From contig MCFE01000110.1 in assembly GCA_002104905.1 (NCBI GenBank), forward strand, positions 62,001-126,000: a DNA stretch of 64,000 nucleotides, written 5' to 3'. This stretch comes from Basidiobolus meristosporus CBS 931.73 (taxonomy: Eukaryota; Fungi; Basidiobolomycota). Positions 48,052-63,093 of the stretch are shown in pieces. Under the pieces are notes generated by a model. That model did not search any database. It saw only the letters and a program-made list of their open reading frames with translations, and was not told the DNA's origin. Numbering within the stretch: position 1 is the stretch's first letter; each line of letters starts with the position of its first letter. Position numbers and translations under genes: made by a program.

Positions 48052-48963
48052 ATCGGGCTGCCGGTTTATTTATAGTTTACACCCTCGGCTGCTTTTGGAT
48101 CATCCTGAGCCAAGTTGGCCTCTTCTACGGAGAGTCGCATAAGGATCTTGTTTATTTAGTTGGACGCGTTTGGCGAGCGTCAATTAGTTACAGGCTAACT
48201 AGTGGAATTTCGATTCAGTTTAGTAATGACCCCCATATTTTCCCTCTCTTCCCGGCCCCTTTTCTTTACTCTCGAACCTGTTTATTGGAAGAAATTCGCA
48301 TCCTGACGAATAATCGATACTTTTCTCTTTCATCCTTATCCATTTTTTGAATTTCAGTTACCTTTCATCAGTATTTACCATGATGAGTATTTTATGAGCA
48401 ATTTCTTTGACCACGCGATGTCTACTTTTACGAATCTATCTTGAATAAATTGAATTATATTACAGGGAGTGGGCATTGCTTTGGGGTAGGTGTTTCCAAG
48501 TCACATGGTAATTCAGCCAAGGCGGTTGTTCAAATACAAAATTGGAAAGGGTTGATGACCTGAAATTATATACATAAAGTGGAATAATGGAAATGTGAGA
48601 TGCTCACTGGGTAATGAGGCGATGAGCAGCGTAGTGCTAACAGAAGTTTATCCAAGAGCTTGTTACAAGACAGTTGATGAAGGGTGGGTTACGTGAGCCA
48701 GCATGTGCATCATTGGACAATGTTATCCGGGTTGACTTTTTGATTCAATCGATTTTTTCGAAAAAATACGAACTCTCATCAACCAAGTTGATGTATGAAA
48801 TGGTGTGGGATACATATGTGTGAGGTGGGTGTGTACAAGTACATGAATCTATTCTTTGACAAATACTTATATGATCAAGCGAGTTTGGCGGTTGAACTGA
48901 GGAAAAGATATCTAAGTGGTGTTACAATGGAGTCTTGCAAATGCATCGTCTAGAGCAGGTTCC

Positions 48964-49391
48964 TCATTTATGTACTTTCTTGTGGCGCGTGAGGGTAGAC
49001 AACTATGAACATAGGGATTGAGTGAGTGTCGAACGAAGCTCAAGAGAGGAATACTTACATCACCAAAAGCCTTTGTGCAGCCCAGAAAGTCACACGCAAA
49101 AGGTCGTTCACCAGTGTGCGTTCGATAGTGTATTGATAGGGCAGTGCTTTGCACAAAACTGCGAGTACACGAGCTCCAAGAGCATTTATATGGCTTTTCT
49201 CCGGTGTGGATACGTCGGTGTCGGCAAAGGTCCGAGCTTGTGGAAAAGGATTTATTGCAATACGTATACTTGCATCGGTATGTCTTCTTAAACGCTCTCT
49301 CATACGGCGGTGAGTCGTAGAAAAGCCCTCTACTTTTTAAGTGCTCGGTTGAGGGATTGAGAATGTAGCGCAAGCTCATCTGTTTCAGCAT
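48964..49391 (-). CDS. C2H2 zinc-finger protein A (3 fingers; intron 49058-49003)
   Basis: [31 protein letters not shown]...HTGERPFAC...FGD|[12 protein letters not shown]. Confidence 0.85.
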
Positions 49392-49971
49392 TTAGAACAA
49401 TATGCTCTTGACTGGGATTGTCAAGGAAAGTAAAGTCAAAGCAAGGGGTTTGGCGCGAATACGGAGAGCAGGCTTGTTTTATATAAATTTCTCTTTGAGA
49501 CAGCAAGTCGGATCTGGAAAATATTATTGAACACTAGAACACACATGCCGGATGTAACACGAAGTAGCTGAATGCCTAAGCACCAGTCCGTTCTATGCCA
49601 CCAGTTGGTGGAATTCCACTTGCCTAATAGTGATGGTGGAATTATTGTTCATATTGGTATTGATCGATCAAATGAACAAATCGGAATATTATTCCACGGT
49701 ATCTTTGGATGAGATACACTCAACGAATTTATCCGAAAAACTCAAAATGGTAAATGAAACAGATGAAATGGAAGCAAGGGTACCAAAGTATATCAGGCAG
49801 ATGGTGGCATGGAATGTGTCAAACCCTCTAGGTTGAATGATATGGGTGGAAAATGTAGGAACACTATAAAATTGGGAATAGTGCGAAGATTAAGTGCGTG
49901 GAAAGAATGTACAATCAGTTGATTAGAAACCAAGTTAAAGAATGATAACCCAGGCCCTGGCTCTAGGATCA

Positions 49972-50558
<587 letters not shown>

Positions 50559-51378
50559 TCAGGGGACAAATCTGCCATGAAATTATGTCGTTAAGATAAC
50601 AAGGATCTATGGTCTAAATCTATTATTCAGGAAAGATTCCCCATTTATATATACCCAGAAACCTCCACAGAGTAATATGGAGGGACATATATAGAGTCCA
50701 TATCGCTACTTCATCGCCGTGGATTCCACCAGTGGAATAATTAGCCTCACCGAAAACCAAACCACATAGAAATGCTACGCTACTTCCTATGCCGTACAAA
50801 TAATTCCACCCTAAACTCCCACTCCATATAATGTGTCCCGGAGGAGCCAAAAGTGAGTAAGATCGACGTGTTAAATTAGTGGAAGCCATTGAATAATGGT
50901 ACGTGAAAGTTAAGGTTGTCCATTACGAGGCCGGCTGAAAACTGAAACATGGCAAAAATCTTGACCAAATGTGGGCCACCATAACGATCGTTTAAACAAA
51001 TAGGTCATACAAGCTCCAGATGAGAAAAGGGAGGGTTCGGTATCCTTGGCCCAGGGCTAATCCCCAGCCGGGCACAGCCCGTTCTCCAGCGGATGGTTCC
51101 TGATTGATATGTATGCTCAGGTATTCCAGAGCAAAGTATAGAGGTATGCTTCATGAGACCCTGGAGGCGTAGCTTTGCCGAGTGAATGGTGCGCAGTCAC
51201 AGAATGGCTGATCAAATCTACAAACAGGCATATCAATAATTATAGCTTCTCGGATAGTTGGATCGAACAGCTAAGATAGCATTCAATTTACTGAGTACAA
51301 CTCAAGTCTACATCTACATAATATGGGGTGGAAATAAACAGCCTTTGGTTGATACGGGTGAAGTGAAGTACAAGCTGC

Positions 51379-52029
51379 TTAAATGGGGTAGTTGTGAACG
51401 CCACTACCACCAGTGAATGTACTGGAGGATCTGTCTTGCCCACGAAAGTGAGCAATACAATAAAAGATTATTGAGAATGTAAGGAATAAAGCGCCTAGAA
51501 AAAGGACGGTAAATCTTTGGGCAATGGAAGCCCAAATCACAATAGCAAACCTAGAGCTGATTGTAAATAACCTTACGAGCTCCGCAGAAACCACTTATCC
51601 ACTTACACTGCATATAGGATTGCACGCATGAGATTGCTGGAAAAAAAATCGGTCACAACGGAACTCTTCGGTATGATCATACCGCAGTATGGTATCTCGA
51701 GAATTAGTATCAATGCTGCGAATATACTGGGGTGAAGAGATAAGCATCGGTCATTAACCTATCAACAGGAGTCATACATACAATCCAAAGATGGCAAACA
51801 CAACAACTGAGGTAAACTTGATGATACCAAACACCACCAAACCTAACATAAAAATGAGTCAGGTTGTGCACTACTAGCGACAGAGCGACACGATTAACAT
51901 ACAAATGGCAGCGATGATAGCGGACCTTGGATAGATGTTAGAATGCGTGTCGAAAATAGATAGACAGCGTCCTTACCATTGGCCATAGATCGAGAAGTTG
52001 CCGGATCTGAATTCGGTGGAGATACTCAT
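51379..52029 (-). CDS. TVP18: Golgi membrane protein Tvp18, 5 exons (mostly missed by the ORF track)
   Basis: The spliced product MSISTEFRSGNFSIYGQW|SAIIAAI|CLVVFGIIKF...LILILEIPYC...LMRAILYAV|FAIVIWASI...GQDRSSSTFTGGSG matches the TVP18 signature FxSxNFSIYGQW. Confidence 0.85.
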
Positions 52030-52829
52030 GTTGGGTTCGTTGGTGAGTTTACTAGGTAGGTAAGCAAAGCAGAACCGAAGTTGCGAAGGGTGTGCTAGCT
52101 TTATAGCAAAATCCTACGTGCTGTGTACCAAATAAAGAATGCCATCTAACATGCAAGAATTTCAACCACAGCTCGTGATTGTCACCAAGCAGATCGAATA
52201 GAATTTTGATATTCACTGCTGATTGTGTATACAGGGAAAACATGACGAGTCGCGGTATGCAGATGATACCACTTTATTCTAAGTCTGAGCTACGTCATGT
52301 CGATTTACAGTTGTCAAATTGCGTTAGAGGATTACTATCCATTGATCCTCATTTGTTAATTACACCACAGTCACGGCGTCCAATTTGGACACAGGAAATG
52401 CGTTAGTATACCAGAAAACTGGCACATTTAGTGCATCAAATAAGCAGTGGCGTGCCTCCCGATGTTCGTTTCACAGCAACAATGAGAATCATGGGCTACT
52501 GTTTGTATCCTGTCATAGTAATACGGTCTGAGGATGGGATGAGCCAGCAGTGCAGGTCAAGCACCGTGCTTGACTGGGGTAGCTAGGCGGAAGAGACGAT
52601 AATCCAAGTTGCGAATTGGCGTACCAAACTTCGACACTCTATGTGCTTGTCAAAAGTGATACTGCCACCAGAAAATTGACCAATCCCATCAGGACTTCTC
52701 AAGCATCCTTATTCCAATTGCAACAACCATCTGAATATAGAGTCACCTATGGGCGTCACAGAAATAAATGTTTCTGTCATTAAATAGTTATATTTTTATT
52801 AGACCAACGTGATACTAGTGGGGAAGCAC

Positions 52830-53227
52830 TTAGTTCTTTCCAGCTTGAGACTTGATGACTTTCTTGACAATCTTTTGCTCTTCGATGAGGAAAGCGCGGA
52901 CAATACGTTCGCGAACGCAGTGGCCACAACGGCTACCACCATAAGCACGCTGAACGGTCTTTTGACGCTTGGAAATACGAGCATATTCACGAGGACGAAG
53001 GGCAGGTACCTAGTAGTTAAGTGGATTAGAATAGTCGCCGTATAGTAGGATATCTTATAGCCACATACACCAGCAAGAGCAGTTCCACAGTCGCCACAGC
53101 GAGGAGCGCTGCCAGGCTTCTTCTCGTGCAAGTATGTAAGTTTGCCACCGGGGGTCTTGACAATACGAACACGGTTCGACTTGGTGTTGTATGAGAGACG
53201 ACGACGGTAGGTGACACGTTGAGCCAT
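52830..53227 (-). CDS. RPL34: 60S ribosomal protein L34 (intron 53068-53010)
   Basis: [28 protein letters not shown]...CGDCG...|[14 protein letters not shown]...RAYGGSRC. Confidence 0.97.
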
Positions 53228-54247
53228 TTGTGACAGTTACTGTAATACGAATGGGATGGATGAACAATTAATATCGCCTGGATACTCGCATCAATTACAT
53301 AGGTTAAATCTAGATGGATGAAAAGACCCACCTCTATGAGTTGACGACTGGAAGCGTAGGCGAAAGAAAGAACAACTCGAGTTTTTACATACCTATTTGT
53401 ATGTCCACCGGGTTTTTCTGAAATTCCTGCACGCCAGGATTTAATTGGTGGATAGTCGGATCAATAGACTTGATTGTATCAAATTTTTGCTCCAGTCTTT
53501 ACTCGATCCCATTTGGCCAACAACCGAATCAATACATAACATTTATTAGGCCTCAAAGCATGACAACTAGCATAGGTACAATGGTTAATACATTAGCTCC
53601 CACATCAATACAACCATATCAATTGTGGGAAATACTACCGTAATATTGAGGTTACTCTACGTATACTGGACTCAAGATCAATTACCGTGCAACTGCTCGA
53701 TGATCACTTACGTTATTGCCAGGTTGAAATATCTTGTTCGACAATAGGGCAGATATAAAGTGGATCAACATCATTTTGCTTTGACACTGGGAGGTATGGG
53801 TATATTGGACGATTTGGTACGGAACGAATGTCAATACGTTAACAGCTATTATTAAGTGACCTAAGTCGTTAGACTGCTACCCAGCCTGTAGGCTACAAAG
53901 ATCCTAATGGAGCTACGAAGCAGCTCAGCTAATATAAATTCCTGGAGCTGGAATGCCTAGAAATATACGTTTTGCTTCAAGTGCATGCTTAGCCCTGAAC
54001 CCAACGCCGACATTATTAACAATTCCAAACAGCGAAGAATGTTCAGGCTAATGCCATTCAAATACCTGTTTTTCTCATTTTCCATTTGTGGATACGGAGG
54101 TTATACGGGGTCCAAATTGTTCAATGAAGTGGAAATATGATGACTACTTAAAATAAACAAATAAACAAACAAACGGGTAGTGTTTTTATATTTCACACGA
54201 CCACTGCTCTATTTGATAGTTTTTAAGCGTCGGCTTCGTAACAGAAC

Positions 54248-56532
54248 ATGTCAAACACCGGTACTGATTTAGAAGTTTGAAATTGAATTTCCGAAGTGTT
54301 TCACTCAATCTTTCTTTCACAAGTTGAATGTCCGATTTGCCAACGAAAAACCAAAGCGTCAATCATCAATGAGCATATTGACAATGGCTGCAAGGATCCC
54401 TACCTCAAACAAGAGAATAACATTGTAGCCGATGAAGCCTGTACGGACCAAACTCCAAAGGAAGTAGAGATAAAAATAACCTCCGACATGGTAAAATCCT
54501 CATACGTTAGACAGACACAAGTATTCATGGATGACTTCTTAATTGTTCACCTGTTTTTTTTCCATTTACAAGAAGTCACCATCCAGAAAGACCGCCGATA
54601 TATTCAGCTCTCGTAAACGAAAAATATCTACACCTATAACACCCAGCAGAAGTGAGGGTGCATCAACAAATCCGAAAGTGTCGGAGACCATTCTTGACTC
54701 TCCTACCCCTTTGGTGGATACGAAAAGAAATAAACATCAACCCACCCGCAGTGAACTTAAGTCGCGAAACCTGCCACTTGCTGAGAAGTCGCGTCCATCA
54801 ACGTTGAACGAGTTTGTAGGACAAATGGAAACCCTCAAAGTCATTCAACCGCTATTAAAGCATGACCTGATCCCGTAAGTATACTTGTAGTTACCGGCAT
54901 CCGAAACCCCGTGTTTTAATACTTCAAAGGTCAATGATATTCTGGGGACCGCCTGGTACCGGGAAAACCTCACTAGCTAGAGTGAGTTACTTGATTTTCT
55001 GATAGAGCCTCAACAGCGATCACCGGCGCCTAACAGTATACCTCCTACCTATAGATAATTGCTAAACAGTCCAACTTCAAGTTCCGTGAGATGAGTGGGT
55101 GTAGCCATGGTGTGGATGATCTAAAGTGAGGTGGTTCTCATTTCCTCACCTACAGAAGAGCAGAAATAACACCTGTCATTTAGAAAATGCTTCGAAGAGG
55201 CCAAAAACACACTATCTTTACTCAAACAGCGCACACTGGTTTTCTTAGACGAGATGTAAGTCTGGAAACCTATCGATAAGCGAGCTGAGCACTAAATTGC
55301 CTCTAGACATAGATTAAATAGAGCACAGCAGGATATATTTCTACCTTACGTGGAAAAGGGGCTTATCACGTTGATTGGTGCCACTACAGAGAATCCTTCG
55401 TTCAAAGTTAATGCGGCATTATTAAGCCGATGCCGTGTATTCACATTCCAGAAGCTTGCAGGAGCGGAAGTCGTAAAGTTGCTCGAGCATGCAGTGGAGC
55501 TGAAGAGGGCACATCTTAAAGAGAGCGGAAGCGAAATGTGGGATTTTCGGATAGACCACAAAGCGTTAGATTATTTAGCCGGGACCTGTGATGGCGATGG
55601 TAAATAGAGGCTTGCCATTTGAAAACCACTTCATCCGACCCCTTATTCACTTTACGCATTAAGCCAGGATTGCTATCAATGCGCTTGACAGTGCTTTAGA
55701 CTCCATTGCAAACCAAGGTATACAGCAACTTGGCCCAGATGAGATGCGAGAGATTGTCAAAAAATCCCATCTTCTATACGATCGGAAAGGGGACCAACAC
55801 TACGATACAATCTCTGCGTTTATCAAAAGTATGCGTGGAAGGTATGCAAGCAAGCCGCCGAAGTAGTATTTTGAATTTCGTTTCTAATTTTAATTGTGAT
55901 CCACACAGTAACGACAACGCCGCATTATATTGGCTTGGTCGAATGCTAGTTGCTGGAGAGGATCCTTTATTTATTGCTCGAAGATTAATCATTTTTGCTT
56001 CTGAAGATGTTGGACTCGCTGACAATCAAGCTCTTGGCCTGGTAACCTTCGTGTTAGAGATGTGTTTCGGAGGGGTTACTAACCAGTACTGAGCATTAGG
56101 CCACTTCTACTTATCAAGCTTGCCAGGTGATAGGAATGCCAGAATGCGAGATCAATCTTGCCCACTGCGTTACCTACATGGCTCGTGCTCCTAAAACCAT
56201 TGAAAGCCATCGTGCCTACAAACGTGTTAAAGAGGCGATTAACAACGAGTATGCCTGGCCAGTCCCCATCCACCTAAGAAATGCACCGACACGGTTAATG
56301 AAGGTAATAATACTTACCCCTCGAATATGCAGAGGTTGAAGTTGACGTGTGTTTTGCCACAGGAATTAGGTTATGGTAAGGAGTATCTATATCCTCCTGG
56401 TAAGCCTTGTCTCGGATTCTGTGCCGTCGGTTCTTTCATTAATCAAGTATCTTAGACCATAACGGAGCTTGTAGCCAAGAGTATTTGCCATCAGAGTTGT
56501 CTGTTCGCGAGTTCTATGATAGAAGACTCTAA
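54248..56532 (+). CDS. MGS1: Mgs1/WRNIP1 AAA+ ATPase with N-terminal UBZ finger, multi-exon
   Basis: VECPICQ...[69 protein letters not shown]. Confidence 0.93.
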
Positions 56533-57297
56533 GGCAAGTATATCTGCTCGGCTAAAGCACTAATACACCACAATGTAGTAAATCGAATATTATGAATTGA
56601 ATGTTGCTTTTGACTTCCGCTTTTTTCATAGTGGGCGGTGCTGCATCTATATAACCTCTATCCATGTTGAACTCACTGAATATTTGCAATGTACAATACA
56701 AATGAATGACTTAAATTGGACAACAATCACCCAACATCCACATCATGAGAAAAGTTCTTGGTGCTTAAAAATTAATGTACTGAAATTAAAAAACATGTCC
56801 CTGCAATTGATATGTCTGTCGCCTAGCAATTTATTAACTTTGGGAATCTATTCACAGCACAAGATACAAAGGCTAAGTTGCTTCCTTGCCAGTAGCAAGA
56901 GCTTTCGTCTCAACAAGTATAAATCTATATTACAGTATCAAATATCAACCTACGGATCCTATTGTATAAAAGCACCATGTAGGCTAGTATTGTGGATCAT
57001 TGGTTGTGTTGAAGGCGATGCAAGAGATTGCGGGTTTTACTTACTCCTGACCAATACTGATAATCAAGTTAATGACCCATCTCGGTCAGCCCTACCAGGT
57101 TTGTACAAATTATGTGTTGAATCCTTTCATTTCCTGCCATTCCCTAACATTTCGGACAAACCGTAAACACCGTAAGGAACTGAGGAATACGAAATTGCTG
57201 GAATACCCAATCTCATTGTGACAACTTCGATTGAGTATATGGATTTATTTTGAACGCTTTCAGAATTTACCATATACTAATATTGGTATTGGATTAA

Positions 57298-58241
57298 TTA
57301 AGCATCGTTCTTATAAGCACTAATATGAGCGCCTTGCCAATAAATGTATTTGGGTCTTCTTTCACTCTCCAAGTAAGCAGCTATGCGTGGACGGCTCTTG
57401 AAGTCATGGTAGAACTTGTGTAGCTTAGGGTATTGCTCTTTGTCCAAAGCATTGGGATCCGCTTGTAGATTGTTGTCGATGTTGTCAAACACACAGACAT
57501 CAGCATAGGTGAAGTCACTGCCAGCGAAGTAGCCAGTGTTGCCATTCTCCTCCAAGTAATACTCAAATGCCTTCAGGTAGAAGGGGATGGTCTCCTCGAT
57601 GTATGCGGTCTTGAGGTTATCCTAAGGCATTTGGTTAGCGCACCGCTCCAGAGAACAGTCTGGGCGCTCCAAGGCAAGACGAGTGTACTTACAAATTCGG
57701 GGTTGTAGCAAAGTACAGCATACTTGCGGCGCCAGTCATTCTAGTGATGTGGTTCGAGAATATTAGATCAGAACGCTGCCTAGCAATCAGCGAAACACCA
57801 AACACTCAGATATACTTACGGTGGCTTCGGCAACGATATCAGCCTGAAGAGCTTCTCTCGCATTCTTCCCATTGGCACCTATCACAGATCATGCTCAGCA
57901 AAGAGAGAAGGGCATACTTCACAGAGCACATCGACCACCTACCATGCTTGTTGGCCATGTATCTCAAGATAGCCTTGCTCTGAGACATCTTGATATCCCC
58001 ATGCCAAGCAATTGGGACTTGGTGGAGGGGCACCAGGGAAGGCTTCACAGCCATCCAATCGTCGAAAGTCTCATCAGTGTATGAGATGTTCTTTTCTTCA
58101 AGGAAAAGGCGGAGCTCTTCAGCAAAACCTCTACAAAACAGAGGATCTGGTCAGCATAAAGCACGACAACGCTGATCCGTGGCTAGTCGAGACGACTTCT
58201 TACCTGATGGGAAAGTACAGGATGCGGTATTCGGCGGGCAT
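57298..58241 (-). CDS. Glutathione S-transferase GST4, 5 exons
   Basis: Inverted paralog of GST1/GST2 with the same introns. C-terminus YIYWQGAHISAYKNDA. Confidence 0.92.
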
Positions 58242-58862
58242 GGATGAAGATATTTCAGACTTGAGAATGTGCTGATGATACGATAATGTGCCTTGGTCGA
58301 GGTTTTATTCGTAATTGCGAAGCATTCATGATCAGAGCACAACGTCGCACCAAGTGAATGATCAGCATACCACCTCATTCCGTAGTAGATATAGGAGCTA
58401 TTAGTAGTACCACCATACGAAATATAATTCATTACGAAGGCTGTGCTCTCATCCGCAGCAAGGAATATAAGCATGGCATCACTTGACGTAACGCTTTAAG
58501 GTTTGTACTGATAGAACTGTGAAATTATATGGTAAACAAGGTACCAAAACAATTCACCTTGAAAGACGTGGAGGTTCTCATTGTTATTGTGTATCAAGTA
58601 TACAATAAAGGTTTGGTTAGTGCCCCATCTAATCACACAAGTGATGTTGCTTTTTTAGTTATACCCAAAAAACGGTACTTCCAATTTCAAGAGTTCGAAA
58701 ACTTGCGAAAGCTCCATATAATCGAATACCAATGCCTCCGACAGCTCCGAAAACTACATTTAGAGTTCAAGCAACCAATGGATCACCTACTAGTTGCCAT
58801 TTGAATTTATCAAGCCGTTGTTTATTAGAACTTATATTCCGAAATCAGTATTACTACGATAA

Positions 58863-59806
58863 TTAGGCATCATTCTTATAGCCGCCAAGACGGGCAGTTT
58901 GTCCATTAATATATTTGGGTCTTCTTTCACTCTCCAAGTAAGCAGCTATGCGTGGACGGCTCTTGAAGTCATGGTAGAACTTGTGCAGTTTGGGGTATTG
59001 CTCCTTGGTCAAAGTACTAGCATTCACAAGTAGATTGTTGTCGATGTTGTCAAACACACAGACATCAGCATAGGTGAAGTCACTGCCAGCGAAGTAGCCA
59101 GTGTTGCCATTCTCCTCCAAGTAATACTCAAATGCCTTCAGGTAGAAGGGGATGGTCTCCTCGATGTATGCGGTCTTGAGGTTATCCTAAGGCATTTGGT
59201 TAGCGCACCGCTCCAGAGAACAGTCTGGGCGCTCCAAGGCAAGACGAGTGTACTTACAAATTCGGGGTTGTAGCAAAGTGCAGTATACTTGCGGCGCCAG
59301 TCATTCTAGTGATGTGGTTCGAGAATATTAGATCAGAACGCTGCCTAGCAATCAGCGAAACACCAAACACTCAGATATACTTACGGTGGCTTCGGCAACG
59401 ATATCAGCCTGAAGAGCTTCTCTCGCATTCTTCCCATTGGCACCTATCACAGATCATGCTCAGCAAAGAGAGAAGGGCATACTTCACAGAGCACATCGAC
59501 CACCTACCATGCTTGTTGGCCATGTATCTCAAGATAGCCTTGCTCTGAGACATCTTGATATCCCCATTCCATACAATAGGTAACTGATGGAGGGGTGCCA
59601 AGGTAGGTTTGAGGGTGGCCCAGTCCTCGAAAGTCTCATCAGTGTATGAGATGTTCTTTTCTTCAAGGAAAAGGCGGAGCTCTTCAGCCAGACCTCTATC
59701 GAACAGAGGATCTGGTCAGCATAAAGCACGATAACAGTGAGTCTTGGCTAGTCGAGACGACTTCTTACCTGATGGGAAAGTACAGGATGCGGTATTCGGC
59801 GGGCAT
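58863..59806 (-). CDS. Glutathione S-transferase GST5, 5 exons (closest to GST2)
   Basis: Near-identical to GST2 in exons, intron 4 and proximal promoter. C-terminus YINGQTARLGGYKNDA. Confidence 0.92.
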
Positions 59807-60721
59807 GGATGAAGATATTTTAGACTTGAGAGTGTGCTGATGATGCGATAATGCGCCTTGGTTAAGGTTATATACAAAATTGATAAGCATTTGTACTCGA
59901 TTCCATGGTTGCACATACTCTATCTTCATACAGTACGAGTTGATTGGACACTGGATTGCTTCTACACTATTCCTGCGCTTTGTAATTCAACAGCACTAGC
60001 CTAGCTGAATTATTAATACAACTTGTGATGGAGCTATTGGTACGGCAATACGGTTGAAATGGTATACGCCTCCCCTCTAGTGCTTCTACCTAATTAGGGC
60101 ATGCCATTGCGTGGCACCACCTTGCGTAACACCATGCAGGTCTATGTTAATAATCCAGAAAAAAGGAATCCGGTAGAATGTTTATTAAAGCAACTATCAA
60201 TCATGATGGACCACGAGATGAACTCCAAGAACTCAACTAGAGAATTGTCTCAAGCATGAGGTATTGATCTCCTCATCTTTGGTCAGTAATCAATCATTAA
60301 TTTCCTGATCAAATTAATGGAAGATGACTTTGAATAAACGTTGGGATTCTCCAGATGCCTGGTGATTTCCGTAACCTCTAGCCAGAGCTGGCGATGGTTT
60401 TCGGTAAGCTAAAGCCCCTTGACAGCTTCCATGAATACACAAACTTTAAAGCTGTAAACTCTTGTGGTGGTACGCAAAACTGTCTGCCAGATGATTCATG
60501 GCGATATGGAGTGGCAACCGCTGGATATCTGCCAACGATTCAAACAATCCCCAGTAGAATGTGAAGCCAAACTTGTATCAGGTATTTATTAAACTGCAAT
60601 ACAAATTTATGAAATATACATTGACTTGTGCCAACTATGAAACTAGGAAGGCTCTCAAGTTTTGATGATCAGTGAATGGGAATGTTGATTTAATGGGATG
60701 CGAGATGGGAGTTGTTGCCTG

Positions 60722-61927
60722 TTAATTTTTCGGCCACCAGTCGGGAATCACTGGGTACACGTTTAGGGGTTTCTCGTCGCTCCCCAACATCTGCAACTTG
60801 ATATCCGGTTTCTGCAAAGCTTCAAGGCGAACCAAAGCTAACCCGATGTTATGGATGCCACCGCAGAATTTAGCATTGTTTCTTGTGTTCTTTGCACCAT
60901 CAACAGCAATGTCCTGAGCAGGTGGTGGCAATTCTAGCTGAACGCTACGATCAATCTTGATTTGGGTAGGTGTGGGTGATAATGCTTCCGAGTCTGGGGT
61001 GATTTGAACGGGAAGGATACGTTTACGAGTGACTCCCGTGTGATACGTACGAATGGTAAGCTCCTGGCCCACGTAACAGCCTTTGCGAAAGTCGATTCCA
61101 TTCATATAATCAAAGTTGGACTCTAGTGGTAAAGATGTGCCGGTAAAGAAGTCAGAGCCTTCTGGTACGCCGTGAAGAATTCGGCGAATCGTGTATTCAC
61201 TGGAGGGAAGCTGCTTGAAGCTGTGAGGCAACGAGAGTTCTTTATCTGCAGGCAATACAACCCGATTTCCCAACCCGGGATATCTAGTATCTCGGCATCT
61301 AATGTCACCAATCTCTTTAAGTATCAAGCTTCCTTGCGGAACATTGCTCGATTTGCCGATCTCAAAGGAGTTGGCCTGAGGTCCCCATATGTTCCAAACA
61401 TTGTATTCCTCACTTACATCCTGTACCTTCACTTTTGAGCGAAGGATGTACTTCTTGATATGCTTCAGCAAGTCTTTGGTATTGTCGGAGGAACATTCAA
61501 TTAGGAACACAGGTGAGGGGAAGTTGAGCCCCTGGTTCTTCGGGTATATGAATGCGTCATAAAGAACACGGCCCTATAGACAATTACGTGTATCGGTTAT
61601 CCCTGTGCACACTGTGGTATCGAATCCTGTCAAATAACTTACATTGGGTGCCAAGAAAGCGGTAAAGAACCCATCCCCACCAGTGGCGATATGTGGCATA
61701 TGGTTTGTGATAATTCCCTGTAAAAACTTCACGCTGTCATCGCCATGCAGCTGAAGTAGGCCTCGGTTTGGAACCTTCAAAAAATTGTCCCCCTCATGCA
61801 GGGGATCCTTCTCGAAAGTAGGGGACAGTGGAGATATCGTAGTGAAAGTACGGCATGCGCGTTTCAAGAATGCTGAAGAGATCAGGTGTCGTGCGGTTGT
61901 CGAGGTCTTAATAACACCGGAAAACAT
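60722..61927 (-). CDS. IBA57: Iba57/Caf17 mitochondrial Fe-S assembly factor (GcvT family), multi-exon
   Basis: RGLLQLHGDDSVKFLQGIITN and the signature DFRKGCYVGQELTIRTYHTG. Confidence 0.92.
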
Positions 61928-62251
61928 CGCAAGAAGTGTACCAGTAAAATATTGCTTCAAGGAACAGTTGAGGATTAAAAGATTCCCAGTTGCTAATTAC
62001 GCTGAATTCAGATTGGCACAGCATCGTGGGATACATCCCGCGAGAGCCAATCAAAGTCAACATCCTAATATAAGAGTAACGATTGAGATTATCGATCAGG
62101 TGCGGTATCATTCGACTCCATCAATCAGAATTTTTCGCCCAGATGAGGAATACATATGGTTGGAATTGTTCAAGCTAGGTTTATTTAGGAGCTTCATGTA
62201 CATAGATTTCATGTTGGCAACACAGCGTCAAGGATGCACGGCAATGGTGGC

Positions 62252-62920
62252 TTAGGCGCGGGCTTTGTTATAACGCTCAGTGACATTGTTCCAGTTCACT
62301 ATTTTCCAAATCTCAGTCAGGTAATCTGGGCGAGCATTCTTGTATTGAAGATAATATGCATGCTCCCATACATCGACACCGAGAAGCGGGACCAAGTCAG
62401 TAAGAACGTCTTGGTTAGCGGTAGTTTGGATCTGTAAAGATTTCTTAGCCTTATTGTAGCCTAACCATCCCCAGCCTGAGCCCTGCACTGCGGTAGTCTG
62501 AGTGTTGAACTGCTTGATAAACTGCTCCAGAGAACCGAAATCACGCTTGATGGCTTCCAGTAGCTCACCCTTGGGAGGTTCGCCACCTCCCTCCTTAAGA
62601 GGGGCCAGGTTGGTCCAGAAAATACTATGATTAACGTGACCTCCACCGTTGAATTTCAATGCAGGCTGCAAGGAAATCTGGGTGGTAAGGTCATTTTTGC
62701 TGATTGCTTCGGAGTTTTTTTCTTCGGCGATATTCAGGTTGTTAACATATGTTTGATGATGTTTACTATGGTGAAGACGCATAATCTCGGTGCTAATGAT
62801 CGGCTCTAGGGCATCGTAGTCGTAAGGAAGGTCGGGAAGTGTGTGTTTTGAGCGAAGCGCCACCAGCGAAGGGGCAGCGAAATTCACTTTGGTGGTCGAT
62901 TTGGCAAGAGTACGCAACAT
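62252..62920 (-). CDS. SOD2: Mitochondrial manganese superoxide dismutase, intronless
   Basis: [54 protein letters not shown]. Confidence 0.96.
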   Translation of the reverse strand: MLRTLAKSTTKVNFAAPSLVALRSKHTLPDLPYDYDALEPIISTEIMRLHHSKHHQTYVNNLNIAEEKNSEAISKNDLTTQISLQPALKFNGGGHVNHSIFWTNLAPLKEGGGEPPKGELLEAIKRDFGSLEQFIKQFNTQTTAVQGSGWGWLGYNKAKKSLQIQTTANQDVLTDLVPLLGVDVWEHAYYLQYKNARPDYLTEIWKIVNWNNVTERYNKARA

Positions 62921-63086
62921 GATTGATGAGGTGCCGCATGGAGCCATGGGTGGCTTTATATTTGATGTAGAGTGTCTATTCAAAGTACTCGGTAGTCATG
63001 CGTCATCCTTCATCGTGTGACTTGAGTTTTTAAAACGTCATTCATTACCTGGTAGGATAGTCATCACGCAACCCAATAGCAGGGCA

Positions 63087-63093
63087 TTACTAA
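63087..63093 (-). promoter_or_regulatory. Putative Yap1/AP-1 response element upstream of SOD2
   Basis: TTACTAA on + (TTAGTAA on the coding strand), about 170 nt before the ATG. Confidence 0.45.

Noticed and set aside
56597-57166. 189-aa ORF between MGS1 and GST4
   Set aside because: AT-rich, no motifs, and lies in convergent 3' regions; probably spurious.
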